From Mesotaenium endlicherianum (lineage: Eukaryota), in NCBI GenBank assembly GCA_009602735.1, contig WELA01002258.1, forward strand, positions 574,594 to 638,593: DNA of 64,000 nucleotides. The letters run 5' to 3'. The translations under genes were made by a program, and so were the position numbers. The first letter of the stretch is position 1. Each line of letters starts with the position of its first letter. This document shows, one piece after another, positions 23,701-37,079 of this stretch. The notes under the pieces are model-generated. The model had not been told where the DNA came from. It saw nothing but the letters and a program-made list of their open reading frames with translations, and did no database searches.

Positions 23701-24476
23701 GAGATGGGCTTGCTTCCGGGCTCCAACTCTATCTTGTGGTCTACGAATCTTTTGGGGGGTAGGCCCTTGGGCAATTCCGGGGAGAACACTTCTTTGTAGT
23801 CCTCTAAGACTTCTTGTATCTCCTTGGGAACGGGGCTGCCTTCTTGACTCTCGATGTCTTTCTTGATGTCTTTTGGCGTGATCAAGGCCAAAAGAAGCTC
23901 GTGTCCCTTCCTCACAAGTCTCTTGAGTTGGAGGGCGGACAATAGTATCTCGTGTGCCGGCTTCTGGATGTCTTGGGTCTGGATATTCTGGATTGCGCGC
24001 AAAATACAGATTCTTGAAGTGATGTCATTCTTGATCTTGATAGTACCGGTCCTCCAATCAACTTGGGGGTTGTGCTTGGTCAACCAAGGCGTCCCTAGGA
24101 TGACGTCGTACTTGCCCAATTGCATGGGGGAGAACACTACTCTATCCTTGAAGGACTTGATAGAGAGTGCCAAGGGGTACGTCTTCTTGGAAGGGGTAGT
24201 ATAGGAGAATCCATCGGGCATCATAATCTCCTCGTCGTGGTCAAGAGTTCGCATAGTAATACCGTGCTTGGTGGCAAAATCTGCAGCAATGAAGTTGCCT
24301 TGAGCTCCGCTATCCACCAAGATGTGGACCTTCTCTCCTCCAAGGTAACCTCTCAAACTCATTGGGGCTGGAACGTCGTCTTCAACGGGGGTCTCCACCT
24401 CACTTGGCGTGTTGCCTTCTCGTGAAGTGGGTCTTGGGGTGGTAGGCTCCTGGCCTACCGGCGCTGTCCGTTTTTT
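20784..24476 (-). CDS. pol: Family A Pol polyprotein (PR, RT, RNase H, integrase, chromodomain); open frame, probably reached by -1 frameshift
   Basis: Open ORF (track 20784-24533) containing [46 protein letters not shown] and [19 protein letters not shown]. Confidence 0.95.
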   Translation of the reverse strand, partial: KKRTAPVGQEPTTPRPTSREGNTPSEVETPVEDDVPAPMSLRGYLGGEKVHILVDSGAQGNFIAADFATKHGITMRTLDHDEEIMMPDGFSYTTPSKKTYPLALSIKSFKDRVVFSPMQLGKYDVILGTPWLTKHNPQVDWRTGTIKIKNDITSRICILRAIQNIQTQDIQKPAHEILLSALQLKRLVRKGHELLLALITPKDIKKDIESQEGSPVPKEIQEVLEDYKEVFSPELPKGLPPKRFVDHKIELEPGSKPISRPTFKMSYTELDEVKKQIKELLEHGFIRPSKSPFGAPVLFVKKKDGTLRMCVDYRALNKITIKNRYPLPRMDELMDRLVGAKYFTKIDLRSSYHQIRIAGPDIEKTAFTTRYGHFEFMVLPFGLTNAPATFMTMMNTIFQPMLDRFVVVFIDDILIYSKTLEEHARHLKEVLEVLKQNKLFAKESKCEFAKQEVEFLGLHVTADGIKIDPKKTTVVEEWPTPTTKKELQSFLGFANWYRKFIQGFSHIAAPLTDLLKKDRLYTWTEKEEEAFQELKRRLTTSPVLTLPSPNPDWPFHVITDASSYAIGAILLQDQGKGLQPIAYESRKLNPAEQNYTTTEREALAIVHALKVWRCYVEGRKVLVTTDHEALKHLQTQPYLSRRQARWSGYLQQYNITIQYQPGKTNPADPLSRLQLNAVMVSLKTDLEARFSAAYERDPYYKNGEAALDPCKKQEGNYWVRQDTGQRCVPNDLDLRLLLLREAHDNPLGGHFGILRTTGVLARTYCWPGMSKQVKEYCRSCDTCQRIKPSSQKAGGLLQPLPIPERQWTDISMDLIVDLPVTPRGHNAILTAVDRLTKMAHFIPTTTKATAPQLARLIFDNIFRLHGLPSRIVSDRDPRFTSHFWKNLFKNLGTSLDMSTAYHPQSDGQTERMNRTLKTSLKAYVSTLEQDWDMYLTPLEFAYNNTTQASTQESPFFLNYGFHPTTPLSFTAGHDEVPAATYFMETLEAALTAAKKALQHAQDAQARVANRSRREITYRVGGNVLLSSRSISLNNRPAGSKFSPKYLGPFKIIQQVNPVAFKLELPQTMHIDPVFHASLFKPYVQPDNKFPGRVTTPPAPTIVDDHLEYEVEDIVAMRNFRRQQQYLIKWKGYPDSENSWVAAHYLDKVQRKLKRFHTANPHLGPAPSLSTRSPETSGRQPATIKKQQKTPWRQPARTTRGKNDIRHFSLLAVSRQKTKIATGDRSLHNKF

Positions 24477-25734
24477 GACAACTTTTTGGGGCATGAAAGT
24501 GCACGATGGCCCTTTTCCTTGCAATAAAAGCATAGTCCAGCCGTCATGAGAGCTTCTTTTTCAGCCGGGGAGAGTCTTGCTTTCACTCCTTGCTGGTTTC
24601 TTGCATCATAAGTGTCATTGGAGGGTCTTCCACTCTTCCGGGCAGCCGCGGGGTCCCTTTTAATAACTCCGATTTCCATGGGTGTGGGTCCAGATTCGGA
24701 TGTGGAAGGGGCTGCGTACACCCGCGTCGTCGGTACCCGTGAAGATGAAGGCACGGAGTGCTTGAAATCCAAGGTATCCACCTTTTGGGCCACTTCAATG
24801 ATCTTTGAGAAGTCCGTCAAGTCGCGTAACTCCACTTCCTTTGCCACCTTGGGTTTGAGGCCAAAGATGTAGCGGTCAATCTTCTCCTCGAGAGACATGT
24901 TGGGGATCTCAAGAGTGAGGGCGTGAAATCTGGATGTATACTCTTGAACGGACGTCGTTTGCTTGAGATGGTGGAGCTTTCCTCGGGCAATCTTCTCCGC
25001 ATTGATGGGCATGAATTGCTTCTTGAGGGCCTCACGAAAATCTGCCCATCTTGCATATGATGGTGGGGGCTCTTGGCCGAGCATGGGGTGCGCCATAGCT
25101 TGATATATAGCCGCTTGATAGTTACGCCACCATGATGTTGCTGCTCCTCTAAGTAAGGTAACGGCAAAGGGAACGTAGTCCTCCTCGGGTACTTCAAGGA
25201 ATGCGAGGTACGTCTCCACTTGGTAGAGCCATAAATTCAGGTTGGCACCTTTCCCGGGGTTGAAAGTGTCGGGTTTGCCGGGCTTGATGAGTTTCCTTGC
25301 TCTCGTTGGCTCTTGTGGAGGCGCTTGAGCCGGGGCTGGATTTTGAGCATTGCTCGCAATAGGGGCAACCATGGCAGCCATAGCTTCTCTTGACGCTTGC
25401 ACGGTTGCTTCATAGGTGGCCAAGCCCACTTGGTTGTGGACGGTCATTAGGAAGGCTGCCCACTCATTTGCGGAACTCCTTGTGGTGAGGTTAACTTTGC
25501 TATAGCGGCTGCCACGGGGTTTGACGGTGCTCCTCCTTGTGGTGCTTCTTGTTGTTGCAGATTTCCTTGAGTAGGCTCTCCCATTGACGCTGGAGGAGGG
25601 TGTGCTCCTACTTGTGGTGCTTCTTGTTGTTGCAGATTTTCTTGAGTGGGCTCTCCCATCGGCGCTGGAGGAGGGTGTCTTGGAGAGGAAGGGCTTCCTT
25701 CGAAAGCTTGCTGTTGGTCTTGAGGATCGGCCAT
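24455..25734 (-). CDS. gag: Family A Gag (one apparent frameshift near 25495)
   Basis: [37 protein letters not shown] and zinc knuckle [14 protein letters not shown]. The likely ATG at 25734 (MADPQDQ..) lies in a different frame from the gag core. Confidence 0.85.
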
Positions 25735-28016
25735 CTTCTTGTGCTACCAAAGTGCCTAGCTCCGATACCACTGTAGTGAAACAGATAGATAAAGTACTTA
25801 GTAAAACAGAATACTTTATCTATTCAAGACAAGGATCTTTGAACACAAGTGGTAGCTTCTTGAAAGAGAGATGGCTTCTTGAAAGTTAATATATTTCTGG
25901 ATTTTGGCAAGTACAAGAGTGATTCTGGAATTCTCTTTCTATGTTCTAGCTCTTGTTTATATACTTGCTACATAAGTAATTTCTAGGAAAGTGTATGTTG
26001 ATGTGTTGGCACCCAACACATCCCAAAACTTGCCACCTCTTTCTAGAATAATGTACACATGTCCTTTTGACCTAAAATGGCACATTTGACTTTTGCCACA
26101 TGGAGTTCTTCTAGGTCTTTCCTCTAACTTCGAAAATGCCTTGGAAGGTTCAAAGGACATGAACCAAGTTACTAAAGTACCTATTCACACTTGACTCCAC
26201 ACAATACTACTCCAAATATATTTGAAAACATTAAAATATATGCAAACTAATGTATAATAACTCAAATCACTACACCGACTCTTTATGTAGGACGACAGCA
26301 TTTGGAAACTGCTGTGTCAACCACAATGGTGCTTGAGTTATGACTGACGGCCAAGATACGTTTATACTCGAGTCCAATGTGCGCTGCAGATTACTGTTCA
26401 GTTCTCATGTTTGTGCAATCGAGACCAGTCGAGACCTTGCACTGAAGAATGGGTTTCGCAACCAGAAGAAATTGGCCGTACAATTGTACGTGCGAATTGA
26501 CTACACTAAGCCAATTGACGCGAGAATACCGATGAAACAATAAGCGTGAGAGACGCAAGTTCACTGTAGTACTGTAGTGAAGCAATAAAAGGAAGTAAAG
26601 AGATTCTAATATTTTTTAAATTTGCTTCCAATAAGGAGATAAGTTATTGTTTTCTTCTTTAAACCACTTAGTGCTCAAATGTGTCGCAGATCAACTTGTT
26701 GCTTTCATTGAGAAAACGCACTTCTATAGCTCCCTTTTTAGTAAGAAGTTTGCGACCACACATAATTTTGTAATCTGCAAGACCCTGAGGAGGTTTTAAG
26801 AGTCTCTAAGGACTTGATTTGTGGCATCACCTAAAGGTAAAATAAAGACATATTGATTGCAGCTGAAAGCTTTTGCCGGGGCATAAGTTGTGTGTGATCA
26901 TAACAAGAAATTGTGTGTTACATGACGTGCATTTGTGGTACTACACGCCTCATGCTTGCTGACGCCACACACATATATATCAGAGGTCGCAGTCTTATAT
27001 TGGCCCATGTTTGGTGTTTGCAAGCGAAGGGCATCGTACATCAATTCATTTCCACCAATAGTTATGATGTCAAATCGCGTTCATGTTTTCAACATATAAA
27101 AGAGACAATTTAAGCTGACCATTAGTGCTGGTTCAAGACGTCACAAGCTACTGATTACTTATATTTAATAAGATTCATTTATTAGAAACTTGTTTCTATA
27201 TTTAACTATGAGTCTCTTGCAACCCATGCACATGAATGTTTGCAATGAACGATCGAGTGCTTAGCCCCTTAACGTAGACTTAAGATGGTCTATAATTGGC
27301 AAGTGTACCTCTGGGGAATAAACGTAGATACATTGACATAACATGCATAAATAATGCTCCTATTTTATGAGTTGATCAATTCGTACATTTTGAATTTGAG
27401 CGCGTGGGCATAAAATGTGTACACCAATTGCCTGCAATTCCTTTGCCTCTGTTGACCTTTTTCAAGAGTGTGAACTAAATAGTGTGCAACCAATAGATGC
27501 CTCACAGTTGACAAACTATTCTAAGCAAAAAATATCTTACGAGGACAAGCTTTGCCTTACATACGCGCTTAGCATTACTATTCATTAGCATAAGCATGCT
27601 AATGAAAAAGCGGCAGGAACTCGCATATGCTCTTGATGTCCACTCCACAACGCACTCAAAGCGTCCACTTTAAGACGCCGGCAAGCGCCTGCACCAATCA
27701 TGCACCACCCAGCCCCATGAGCACACAGTCTGTAGAGAGATGAACATGAATGCCAACGGGACATTCTGAATAGAAGCTTAGTTTTGACATACAACTTCAC
27801 TCAGTACAATAGCGTCACAGAAGCAAGCCCAGATAGAGAAGCAGACTGCCAACCACAGGCCGAGCAGCAAGGACGAAGTGTAGAGAATATGAGTCATTGA
27901 AGCTAGCGTGTTGGAAGATTGAACGACCAAAATCACCCTGAACAGCTACAGTGTTGTACGATACGCACCCATACACGTCCATTGAACACCTCCTTCAACT
28001 ACATAATGATGAGATC

Positions 28017-31000
28017 TCAGGTACTCAACAACCAAATATGGATCCCAAAATCAGGAAACAGCACTGACACAAATGCTGCACAACATCCTCTTTTCCAAAT
28101 TATCACAGAAACATAACTCTTTGACAGCAGCAAACTTCTTCCCACTGCACTGGTCTCGCCATTGAAAAACTCTTTGAAGAGCTCGGAGCCCGGCATCCGA
28201 GCCATTACCCTGGCAGCAAAGGTCTCCTTCTGGCGCAGGAGAGCAGCCATAGCCTCGAGCTGGTCCTCAAAAGCGGAATAGAATTTCTCGTAGAAGCCTG
28301 CCTGCTCTTCGGCGGGAGCTCCACCTTCCTCGTCGCTTTCTTTCTCGACTCCACGTGCACAGCTCCTGCATGGTCAACCCCAAACACCTATCATGTATAA
28401 TCCCAAGTCCTTCGGAACAACACTTGAGAGTACTTATAGATACTATCTTCTAATCTGATCTTGATTGACTTCAGACGCATAAGAGATTTGCAAAAATCTT
28501 GTCGAGAGAGTTTGACAATAACAGAGATATGGCAGTCGAGAAACTGCAAAAAAAAAAAGAAAGTCAATATTCATCACGACTTCATCAGGCTGCTCATGGG
28601 GGCAACCACATTGCGGTTTTCCGCTCTTCCGCAAACATAGGTGAGCCTAGCGGCGTTGTATATAAAAAATTCGAAAAAAAATGTACATACCACTTTTTGA
28701 ACTTACCCAATTTACCCAAGTAATCAAAAAAATTTCCTATATTTCTTTACAATTTCATATGTACATGTTTTTGTGGTAGCAGCAAGCACAGACAAGGCCA
28801 GGTGGTGAGGGCCAGCTGGCTCACATGCCGCGCGGGGAGAGAGCATCGCCCTCCTCCCACTTGCGAGTCATGAGCTCTGCTGCCGCGGGCGATAAGCCGC
28901 GCAAGACCAGCGCCTCCGCGGATCTCGGAAACGCCTCCTGTCAATCGCTCCCCAACCGGTCGACACGCACGGACAAGAGGATTGGGAGTCATCACGTCAA
29001 CCGCTCCGCACCCAAAACCGGCGGACGCAAGGGGGGATGGACCTTGTCGTGCGCCAAAAAGCTCCCCACACGGCACTGGAAGGCAAGGGGAGGGGGGGGG
29101 GGACCGGGGAGTGTGGGGGGTAAAAAGGAGGGGTGGGATTCTCCTGGCCGGCACTAGAGGAGGGTGAGAGCTCGCCAATCGAAGCCCGCGGAGAAGACGA
29201 GGGGCTTCGACTTGCTCCGCCTGAGAAGCTGAAGGCCTTGGCGTAGATAGCGCGTGATGCTGGGACCGGCTGGAAAGGGACTGCTTGGCAGGTGTGACAG
29301 AGATTCAAGCGGCATAGGATAGGCACTGTTGTAACCTTTCAAAGTCATCTGGACGCTTCCGGAAAGAAGCCCCCCTCCCACATCCCCCCCCCCCCCAACA
29401 ATCTCCTACTCCTTGGAGGAATGTGACAGGTCACAGCATGTAGCACACACAAAGCACGCTGAGATGAGCTTAATCATGCGGCTGGCACAGAGCAGAGCGA
29501 GCGCAGCGGCAACGGATGGCAGCCGGGGTCTCCACCCCGAGTCCCTCTCTGGCTGCACTTTTGTGCAGTGTCGGAAAAAGCACGGGGGAGCCCTGTGCCC
29601 GTGTGAGGAAGCGAGACCACAATGCAGAAGAAAGAGGAGGGGGAGGGGGAGGTGCGGGAGGAGGAGGAGGAGGAGGAGGAGGAGGAGAATAAGAGTCTCC
29701 AGAAAAAAATAGCACACTACCCAACAGCTTGCTTATGCCGAGTTCCGAATCATCATTCCCTCCCACCCTCCTGCCCCCCCCCCACCCCAAAAAAATCCCT
29801 TCCTGCCTCACTTCCAGCCAACAACCTAGACCTACCAGAACAAGCACCGCCATCCCCAGCACCTCTGGCACCATCGAGCATGCAGCAACCATATAGCCAG
29901 CCGCCTCTTGTCATGCAGCACTAGAAGAAGGATAATTCTCCCACAACCTACATATCGTACACAGCCATCATGACACACGAGCTGCTAGCCGGCCGCGCGC
30001 GCGACCCGTTTGTCACCACCCCACTGCCGGAAGGAGAAGGCAAAGGAGGGCCAGAGGACTAGCGGGGGACAGCTGGCACGTACGGCCATGGCCAGCAGGA
30101 CCCGCCGCAGCTCAGCCGGACTGAGAGCCACCAGCGCTTGCGCTACCTCATCTTCCTCCTCCTCCTGCTCCTCCTGCTCCTCCTCCGCCTTCTCCCCCTC
30201 CTTGTCCACATACTCCTCCTTCCCCTCCTCTTCAGCATCCATTCTCGCCAAACTGTTCACTCCTCCCCCTCCGGTCATCCCACCCATAAGAGAAGCCCTT
30301 AACAAATGCCCCTCTGCTGCCCCACCGTCTCCACGCCCCCCACCCCCAGCCTGCTGCTGCTGCTCCGCTCGCACGCCCCCATCTGGCTGGCCCTCCCACA
30401 CATCCTCCCCCTGTACATGTGCTTTCCGACTCCTCCACCTCACCTTCTTCTGCCCCCGTCGCCGCAGTTGCTCCTCCGGCTGCTCGTGCTGTCGCTGCAG
30501 AGACCCGCCGCCGCCGCGATGTGGGGCGCCAGCTGGCACGTGATCACGGTAGCCGAGGGCCCCCTCTACCCCCGCTGCTCTGCCGCTGCTGCTGCTGCTG
30601 GTCCCCCCCCCGCACCAAGGCTGCGCCGCGTGAAGCACCAGCACTCGCAGCAGAGCCGCCTCCTTCTCCGTCAAGGCGCTCACTGCAGCCGCCCTCCTCC
30701 TCCCGCGCTCCTCCTCCTCCTCTGCCTCCTGTTGTTCCTTCTGCCCCTCCTGCTCCTGCTCCTTCTGCTCCTCTACCTCCTTGTCCTCCTCTTCCTCCGG
30801 CGCCGCACCCGCTGCTGCCGGCATGGCCGCTGCTGCCGCCACTGCCACCTGGCGCGGATGCGTGAGCAGCAGCGCTGCCCCCTCCTCTCCGGGGGAGTCG
30901 CCACCCCGGGAAGGCCGTGCGCCTGCCATGCCATCACCACTCCCCTTCCTCCTGGATCCAGCAGCTTTCACGCCCCCCCGCCCCCCCTCCGCAACACACT

Positions 31001-32744
31001 GCTGCACGGGTGTCTCCCCTGTGCGCGCCTCTCTCCCCTTCTCGTCCTGCTGCTGCTGCTCCTCTACCCCACCCCCCCTCCTCTTCCTCCTGCTCCTGGT
31101 CCTGGCGCGCGCTCCCGCCGCGTGCAGATTCCTCCCAGCTACAGCAGCAGCCCCTGCCCGTGCACCCGCCTCAGCAGCAGCACTAGTTGCCGACACGCTT
31201 TGCCCCCCTTGAACACCTTGGGGGGATGGCTGTCTGGCCTGTATCGCAGCATCTGCACCAGCACTACTTGTACGCGCACCCTGGGGCTCCCGCGCACGTG
31301 GGGAGGATTTGACGGCAGCGCTGGCGCCGGGCGAGCTGCTCTGCTTGTTCTCCTCGGCTCCTGATCCCGCTTCCGCTTCCGCTTCTGCTCCTGAAGGTGG
31401 CCAGCTGTATGGCTGGATGGCCGCCAGCATGCGCTCCTGCGGGTCAAAAAGCGGCTTGTGATCTCAATCGCCATGTACACCCAGAAAAAGGAGAGAAGGG
31501 GGGGCCGCGCATGCACGCTGTTGTGCAACGTGGAACAGCATCGCATCGCTCTCGACCAAAGTAAGGGAAAGCGAGGTGGGGGAAGAAAAAAAGGGAAGTG
31601 AGGGGCCACAGCCTGCTGCCTAAATTTGGCAGGAGAGGCATGCGTGTGCTAAATTGGACAAAAGGACCAGAGTTTGGAGGGGATATGTCTGCACGTGCAG
31701 ACTGTGAGCCGAAACTTCAACACAAACCCCTCCAGCCCTTGACCCCAAACACATAAAACCTACCCTACCCCTAGCCCCAACCTTAACCTCATAGGCCGTT
31801 ACAACAACACCCTGAGGCAAAGGCGTGCACTCAAACGCGTGCTGGGAAAGGCACATAGCAGAAGAGACAAAGCTGAAAGCTAAGTGAGCTCGTGAGAGGG
31901 GCAGGCAGAGAGCCCCGGTGCTCCACTCTCCCCTCGCCTGAGGGCCAGCTGGCGGCCGCGTACTCCGCCACGTCACACGCATGCGGGAGAAATAAACAAA
32001 GACCACACACGCAGGCCACCGTTGCAAAAACACAGAGCCGCACAGTTGAATGAGTTTCTTTAAGTCCCTGAATCGCAAAATTGCAAAGTTGCAAAGTTGC
32101 AAAGTCGCAACATTGCACAGTTGCAGAATCACAGAGTTGCACAGTTGCGAGGTTGCAGAGTTGCACGGTTGCGAGGTCGCTCTGGCAGCCGAGGCTCGCG
32201 CGCTTGCTTGCTCTCTCACCTTCTCGGAGTCCACCAGGCTGCCCGCCCTCTCGCCACATCACGTGGCCAACGCAGCGTCAGCGAGCGCGGCCGCGCGCCA
32301 GGTGGCAGTCGGTGCCGGACGCAGGCGCACACACCACCACAACAGGAGCCAGGAGCTATTCTTCCCTCAGTACCAAGCAGGGGCCAGCAGGCAGGATGCT
32401 GCGAAGGCTCATCCCGGCAGGTACAACCTCCAGCAACTCAGCATTGCTTGACAGGTGGCATCGCCAACGGAGAGCCTCACGAGCATAACTGCCCGAGTAC
32501 GCCCCTCTGTGAAGGCCAGGAGTACTGCACAGTCTGTCGTGTCGACAGACGGCAGGCATGGCCGGCCTGCACAGGATGCAGGAGCTAGCGGCAAGGTGCG
32601 GCAAGCAGAGAGAGGGTGCTGCTGCTAGGCAAGGCTTCCGCCCACCTTAAAAGTGTGCGCTGTTCACTGTGTGTGCTGTCATACCCTGTGCCAAGTTTCA
32701 AAGGAGCACACACACACACACACACGCACACACACGCGCGCGAG

Positions 32745-32831
<87 letters not shown>

Positions 32832-33319
32832 ACACACACACTCACACACACACACACTGAGAGAACAGGAGATAGACAGAGAGAGACGTGTGGCTGGAGA
32901 AGAAGGAGGCGCGGCCCAAGCTGGACAAGTGGAGGAGGGACGCAGGACTCGCATACATGGCTAAGGCGGATGCGCGTGCACAGCAGCAAAGCCCAGCCAC
33001 GAGAAGTCACATCAGCAAGAGAGAAGAGGGGGGATGAGGACGAGGACGAGGATGAGCAAGAGAATGCCCACGTGGATGAGCAGCAGCAGCAGCAGCAGTA
33101 TCATTCTGAACATAATAGTAGTAGTAGTAGTAGTAATGGTACTAATCTAATTAATAGTATTAATAGTAACAGTAGCAGTGGTAGTAGTAGTAGTAACAAT
33201 ACAAGTAATAGCAGTAGTAGTAGTAAATTGAGTAGTAGTAATACTAGAAGTAGTACTAAGTATTTCAAGTCAAAATAGTGGTAGTAGCAGTAGCAGTAGC
33301 AGTAGTCGTAGTAGTGATG

Positions 33320-33354
<35 letters not shown>

Positions 33355-34943
33355 CGTAGGAGGAGGAGGAGGAGGAGGAGGAGGAGGAGGTGGAGGAGCA
33401 GGACGATGGAGGGAGAAGCGCAGACCTGGCGAGCACGCGGCGGGCGTAATAGGCGTCCATGTGCGTCCCCAGGGAGGCCCCGAAGGCCGACGGCCACCAG
33501 AAGTTCACTGCCATGCTCACGCCCGCGCTGTCCACCTGGTGCCACCTGGCACGCACGGGGACGCACGTGCACCCCGGGGCGTCACTTTGTGGCAAAGAAA
33601 ACTGTCGTCTCCATCCCGAAACTTCAAAGAGGTAGACGCCGGCACCTGAGGTTGAAGCCCGTGCTCTCAAAGGGCTCTCTCTTTCTCTCCCCCTCCCTCT
33701 CTCCCTCTGCCTCCCTCTGCCTCCCTCGTCCTCCCTCACCCTCGCCATCGACCTCGCTCTCGCCATCGACCTTGCCCTTTCCCTCTCCAGTCTTCCCCTC
33801 CCTCTTCCAAGTTTGGCCTGACACCTTTCTGGATTGCCAATATGCGACACATATGTGCTGCCCTGCGCGTGCTGTGCCCTGATGACACGACACGTCAAAT
33901 AATTGTCCGGTGTGCGTGCCTGCGGCGGACCAGTCTGAATACAGAGCTGTTCACAGCGACGTACTTGTGAGGCCTCAAAGCCCGATGCCCCGGCCCGTCC
34001 GCTGGTTGCAAAGAGGGCCAGTAAGAGTCGTCAAAGCTTCGTTTTTGCAACGAGATGGGATTGAGCACGTGCGATTTGTTTTTTGTCGATCAACAAGGTC
34101 CTGGGCGCATGCTGCGCTCTCGCTGAGCTATGCATCAGGTTGTAAGCAGACGCAAAGCACTCGCGAAGAGGGCGGATAACAGTAGCCTGTGCAACAGTAC
34201 AGTACTGCTGGCGTTGCTGCCAACAAGCTATGTGGTCGATTCCACCAGCAGCTCACAATCAAATATAAAAACTGCCTTTGAATCACATTGAGGAGACAAG
34301 AGGAAAGACGTGACCTTCTCAGTTGATGGCCAGCAGGGCAGTGGCTGGGTCTGGACCCAATTGTGGGTCACATACAGTAGGGGGAGGGGGGGTGACTCAT
34401 TAAGGACAGGTGGCAACGCACCAGCCTTCGGGCAAGAAGAGGGCGTCGCCGGCGCGCAGGGTGACCTCCCGTGACAGGTGGCGGGCTGCGGCGTAGAGCG
34501 GAAAGCGGTCCAAGTCTGGGGCGACAAAGTCAACTGCACTGGTCAACCCACAGGCCCGCCCCACGGTTCCAGCCAGCAAGCCCCCCAACACATGCTCTCT
34601 CCTGGCCACTTAGGTCAGGTCTGCAGACAGCGAATCATCATCTACAACATACAAATATTTTGGTGTATAAAAGTGCAGGCGGGAAAATCTGCCTGAATGT
34701 GATGTTGTGCATGCATATGCGTGCGCCCTTGCCCCGTCGTTCGCTCTCCCCAAACAAAAGAGCAAAAATACCACTGGCATGTTAACATACATGTAAAAAT
34801 TATGTGTGCGGTCGCATGTGTGCGTGTGTGTGCGTGTGTGAGTGTGTGTGTGTGAGTGTGTGTGTATGTGTGTGTGTGTGTCTGTGTGCGGGTTGAAGTG
34901 CAACGCACTACTCTACCCTCTCGTAAAACAGTTGATTACGCGC

Positions 34944-34974
<31 letters not shown>

Positions 34975-36808
34975 TGCAAAATCTCACACCCACATACACA
35001 CCCCAGCATACAAAGAGAGAACAAGTGCGTGAGAGAGAAAGAGAGCACACCTGTGATTGGAAGCCTCGCCGTGGAGGGGCATGGGGTAGAGCACACGCGC
35101 AGCCGACGGGTCCCACACGCGCACTGCACAGCAAGCCAGCCATCCGCGTGCCGACACCTGTCAGCTGCTGTTTCTGCCAGGCATCTTCCCTTCTGTCTCT
35201 CACCCTCCGCGACTCCTCCAGCAGACCACAAACTATTTCATCAGGAAAGTCCTGTTGCATTCCCTTTCCACACTTACTGGCACCAAGGAAGGAATGATCG
35301 AGGGAAGGGGGAAATAGGGAAGGGCAAGGGAGAAGGGAGGGGGGGGGAAGGGGGGGGTGAGGGAGAGGAAAAGGAAGGTGGGAAAGAGGTAAAGAGCTTG
35401 CAAGTGGGGCGCACGATTGGATGCAGACACAACACAAGAGTACAGCAACAGGAATGTACAACAAACCCGCAACAACCACGAATGAACACACAGATGAGAA
35501 CGATGTGGGATGCAGGCGTCAGGGGCGTCGAAGAAGCCAAGGAGCCCAAAGAGGAAACGAAGAGGAGCAAGAGGGAGGGAGGAGGAGGAGATGAAGAGGG
35601 TGTTTGGAGAGGAGGAAGGGGGGGCGGAGTGAAGGAAGAAGAGGAGGAGGAGGAGGAGGTGGAGGAGGTGGAGAGGGCAGGAGGAGGAGGAGGAGAGGGG
35701 CGGGAGGGGGAGGAGGAGATGGGGAAGGGGTAGGAGGAGGTGTGTGTGTGTCGGGCGCGAAGGGGGGAAGGCGCGCACGCACCGCGCTTGGTGCCCTGCA
35801 CCACGCACAGCAGGTTGTGGAGGGGGTCGTAGTGCGCGCTGGAGCGCGACCCGTTCACACTCATCCACAGGTTGATGCTTGCCACGCGGACCCCGTCCAC
35901 GAACGCGGGCTGAACGAGAGAGAGGAAGAGGCAGGGAGGAGAGAAAGCAGGAGCAAGAAGAGGGAGGGAGGGGGGAAAAGGGGGGGAGCGGGGAAGGAAT
36001 GGAGGGTGAGGAGGACGGGGAGGGTGGAGGAGGAGGGGGAGCGAGAGAGGGGGAGAGGAGGGGGAAAGACAGAGGCAGAGAGGGAGGGAGCGGACGAGGG
36101 AGGGAGGGAGAGAGGCAGAATGGGGAGAGCGAGGACGGGAGGGACAAAGGAAGATAACAGGGGAGGGGGTAAAGGGGGAGGGAGGGCTTTGTTAGATTGA
36201 TAAAAGATGCCGTTCCCACTTGCAACATGCAGAACAGCAGCAGGCTGATGTCTCTGAGGCTCTAAATCAACAAGCCAAGATGCGCAAGGACTGGCACCCG
36301 CAGCCACTGGGTTCAGTCGAAACAGACCAGGTAATGACTTCAGCCCACGTACGCCCATCCGATGAACTTAGTACTGCTACGCAAGCATGTCGGCCTAGAT
36401 AGGACTTAGGTCTAGGATTTTGGGTCTGGGCTTTGAGGTTGAGAGTTAGGGCGAGATTGTGAGATGAGATGAAACAGACATAGGAGAGCTAGCGGCGCCA
36501 AGCATCTTGCGACCAACGTGGAGACCTCCCGAAGCGTGCAGCATGAATCTCACGAACCACCTTGTGGTGCTGGATGGTGTCACTGCTCCCCTATGGTCTC
36601 TTGCGTGCACAAAAGCCTCGCCGAAAGTCATATGCATATACATAAAGATTCATATCATTTAGTCAGTCAAGATCCACAATTTCAGATGCGTTCCACTCTT
36701 AGAAAACTCAAACATCACGGACGCACGTAGAAACAAACTACACTACATACACAGGATAAAACATTCACTTGCAGTTCCGTACTTATGCCAACACACGTAT
36801 GACTCTCT

Positions 36809-36859
<51 letters not shown>

Positions 36860-37046
36860 CGCGCGCATGGGTGTGAGTGGGTTTGTAAGATGTGCACGTG
36901 TTAAGAGCCAGGGATGCAGCAAAGATAGGAAGGGGTCCTATGGCAACATGTGCCCTCTGCAACATGTCCAGTGGTTACGACGGCCACGTGTGATTGATCA
37001 CACGCATCACCCTATGCCCTGGCCCATGAACCCACGCGCTCGCGCA

Positions 37047-37079
<33 letters not shown>

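Larger units (their letters stand above)
19596..26274 (-). mobile_element. Full-length young Ty3/gypsy chromovirus (family A)
   Basis: LTRs 25772-26274 (5') and 19596-20099 (3') differ by 3 substitutions and 1 indel on my manual comparison. TSD CCGAC at 19591-19595 and 26275-26279. PBS TGGTATCGGAGC (25759-25770, minus). G-rich PPT at 20100-20109 (minus). Confidence 0.97.

Noticed and set aside
26340..26543. Short ORFs at 26340-26543 and 56767-57000
   Set aside because: No recognisable motifs or splice context; lengths are compatible with chance.
30010..36358. Numerous long overlapping ORFs in the ORF track (also 60490-62903 and ORFs spanning N gaps)
   Set aside because: Artefacts of GC-rich microsatellites, antisense of real exons, or translated Ns.
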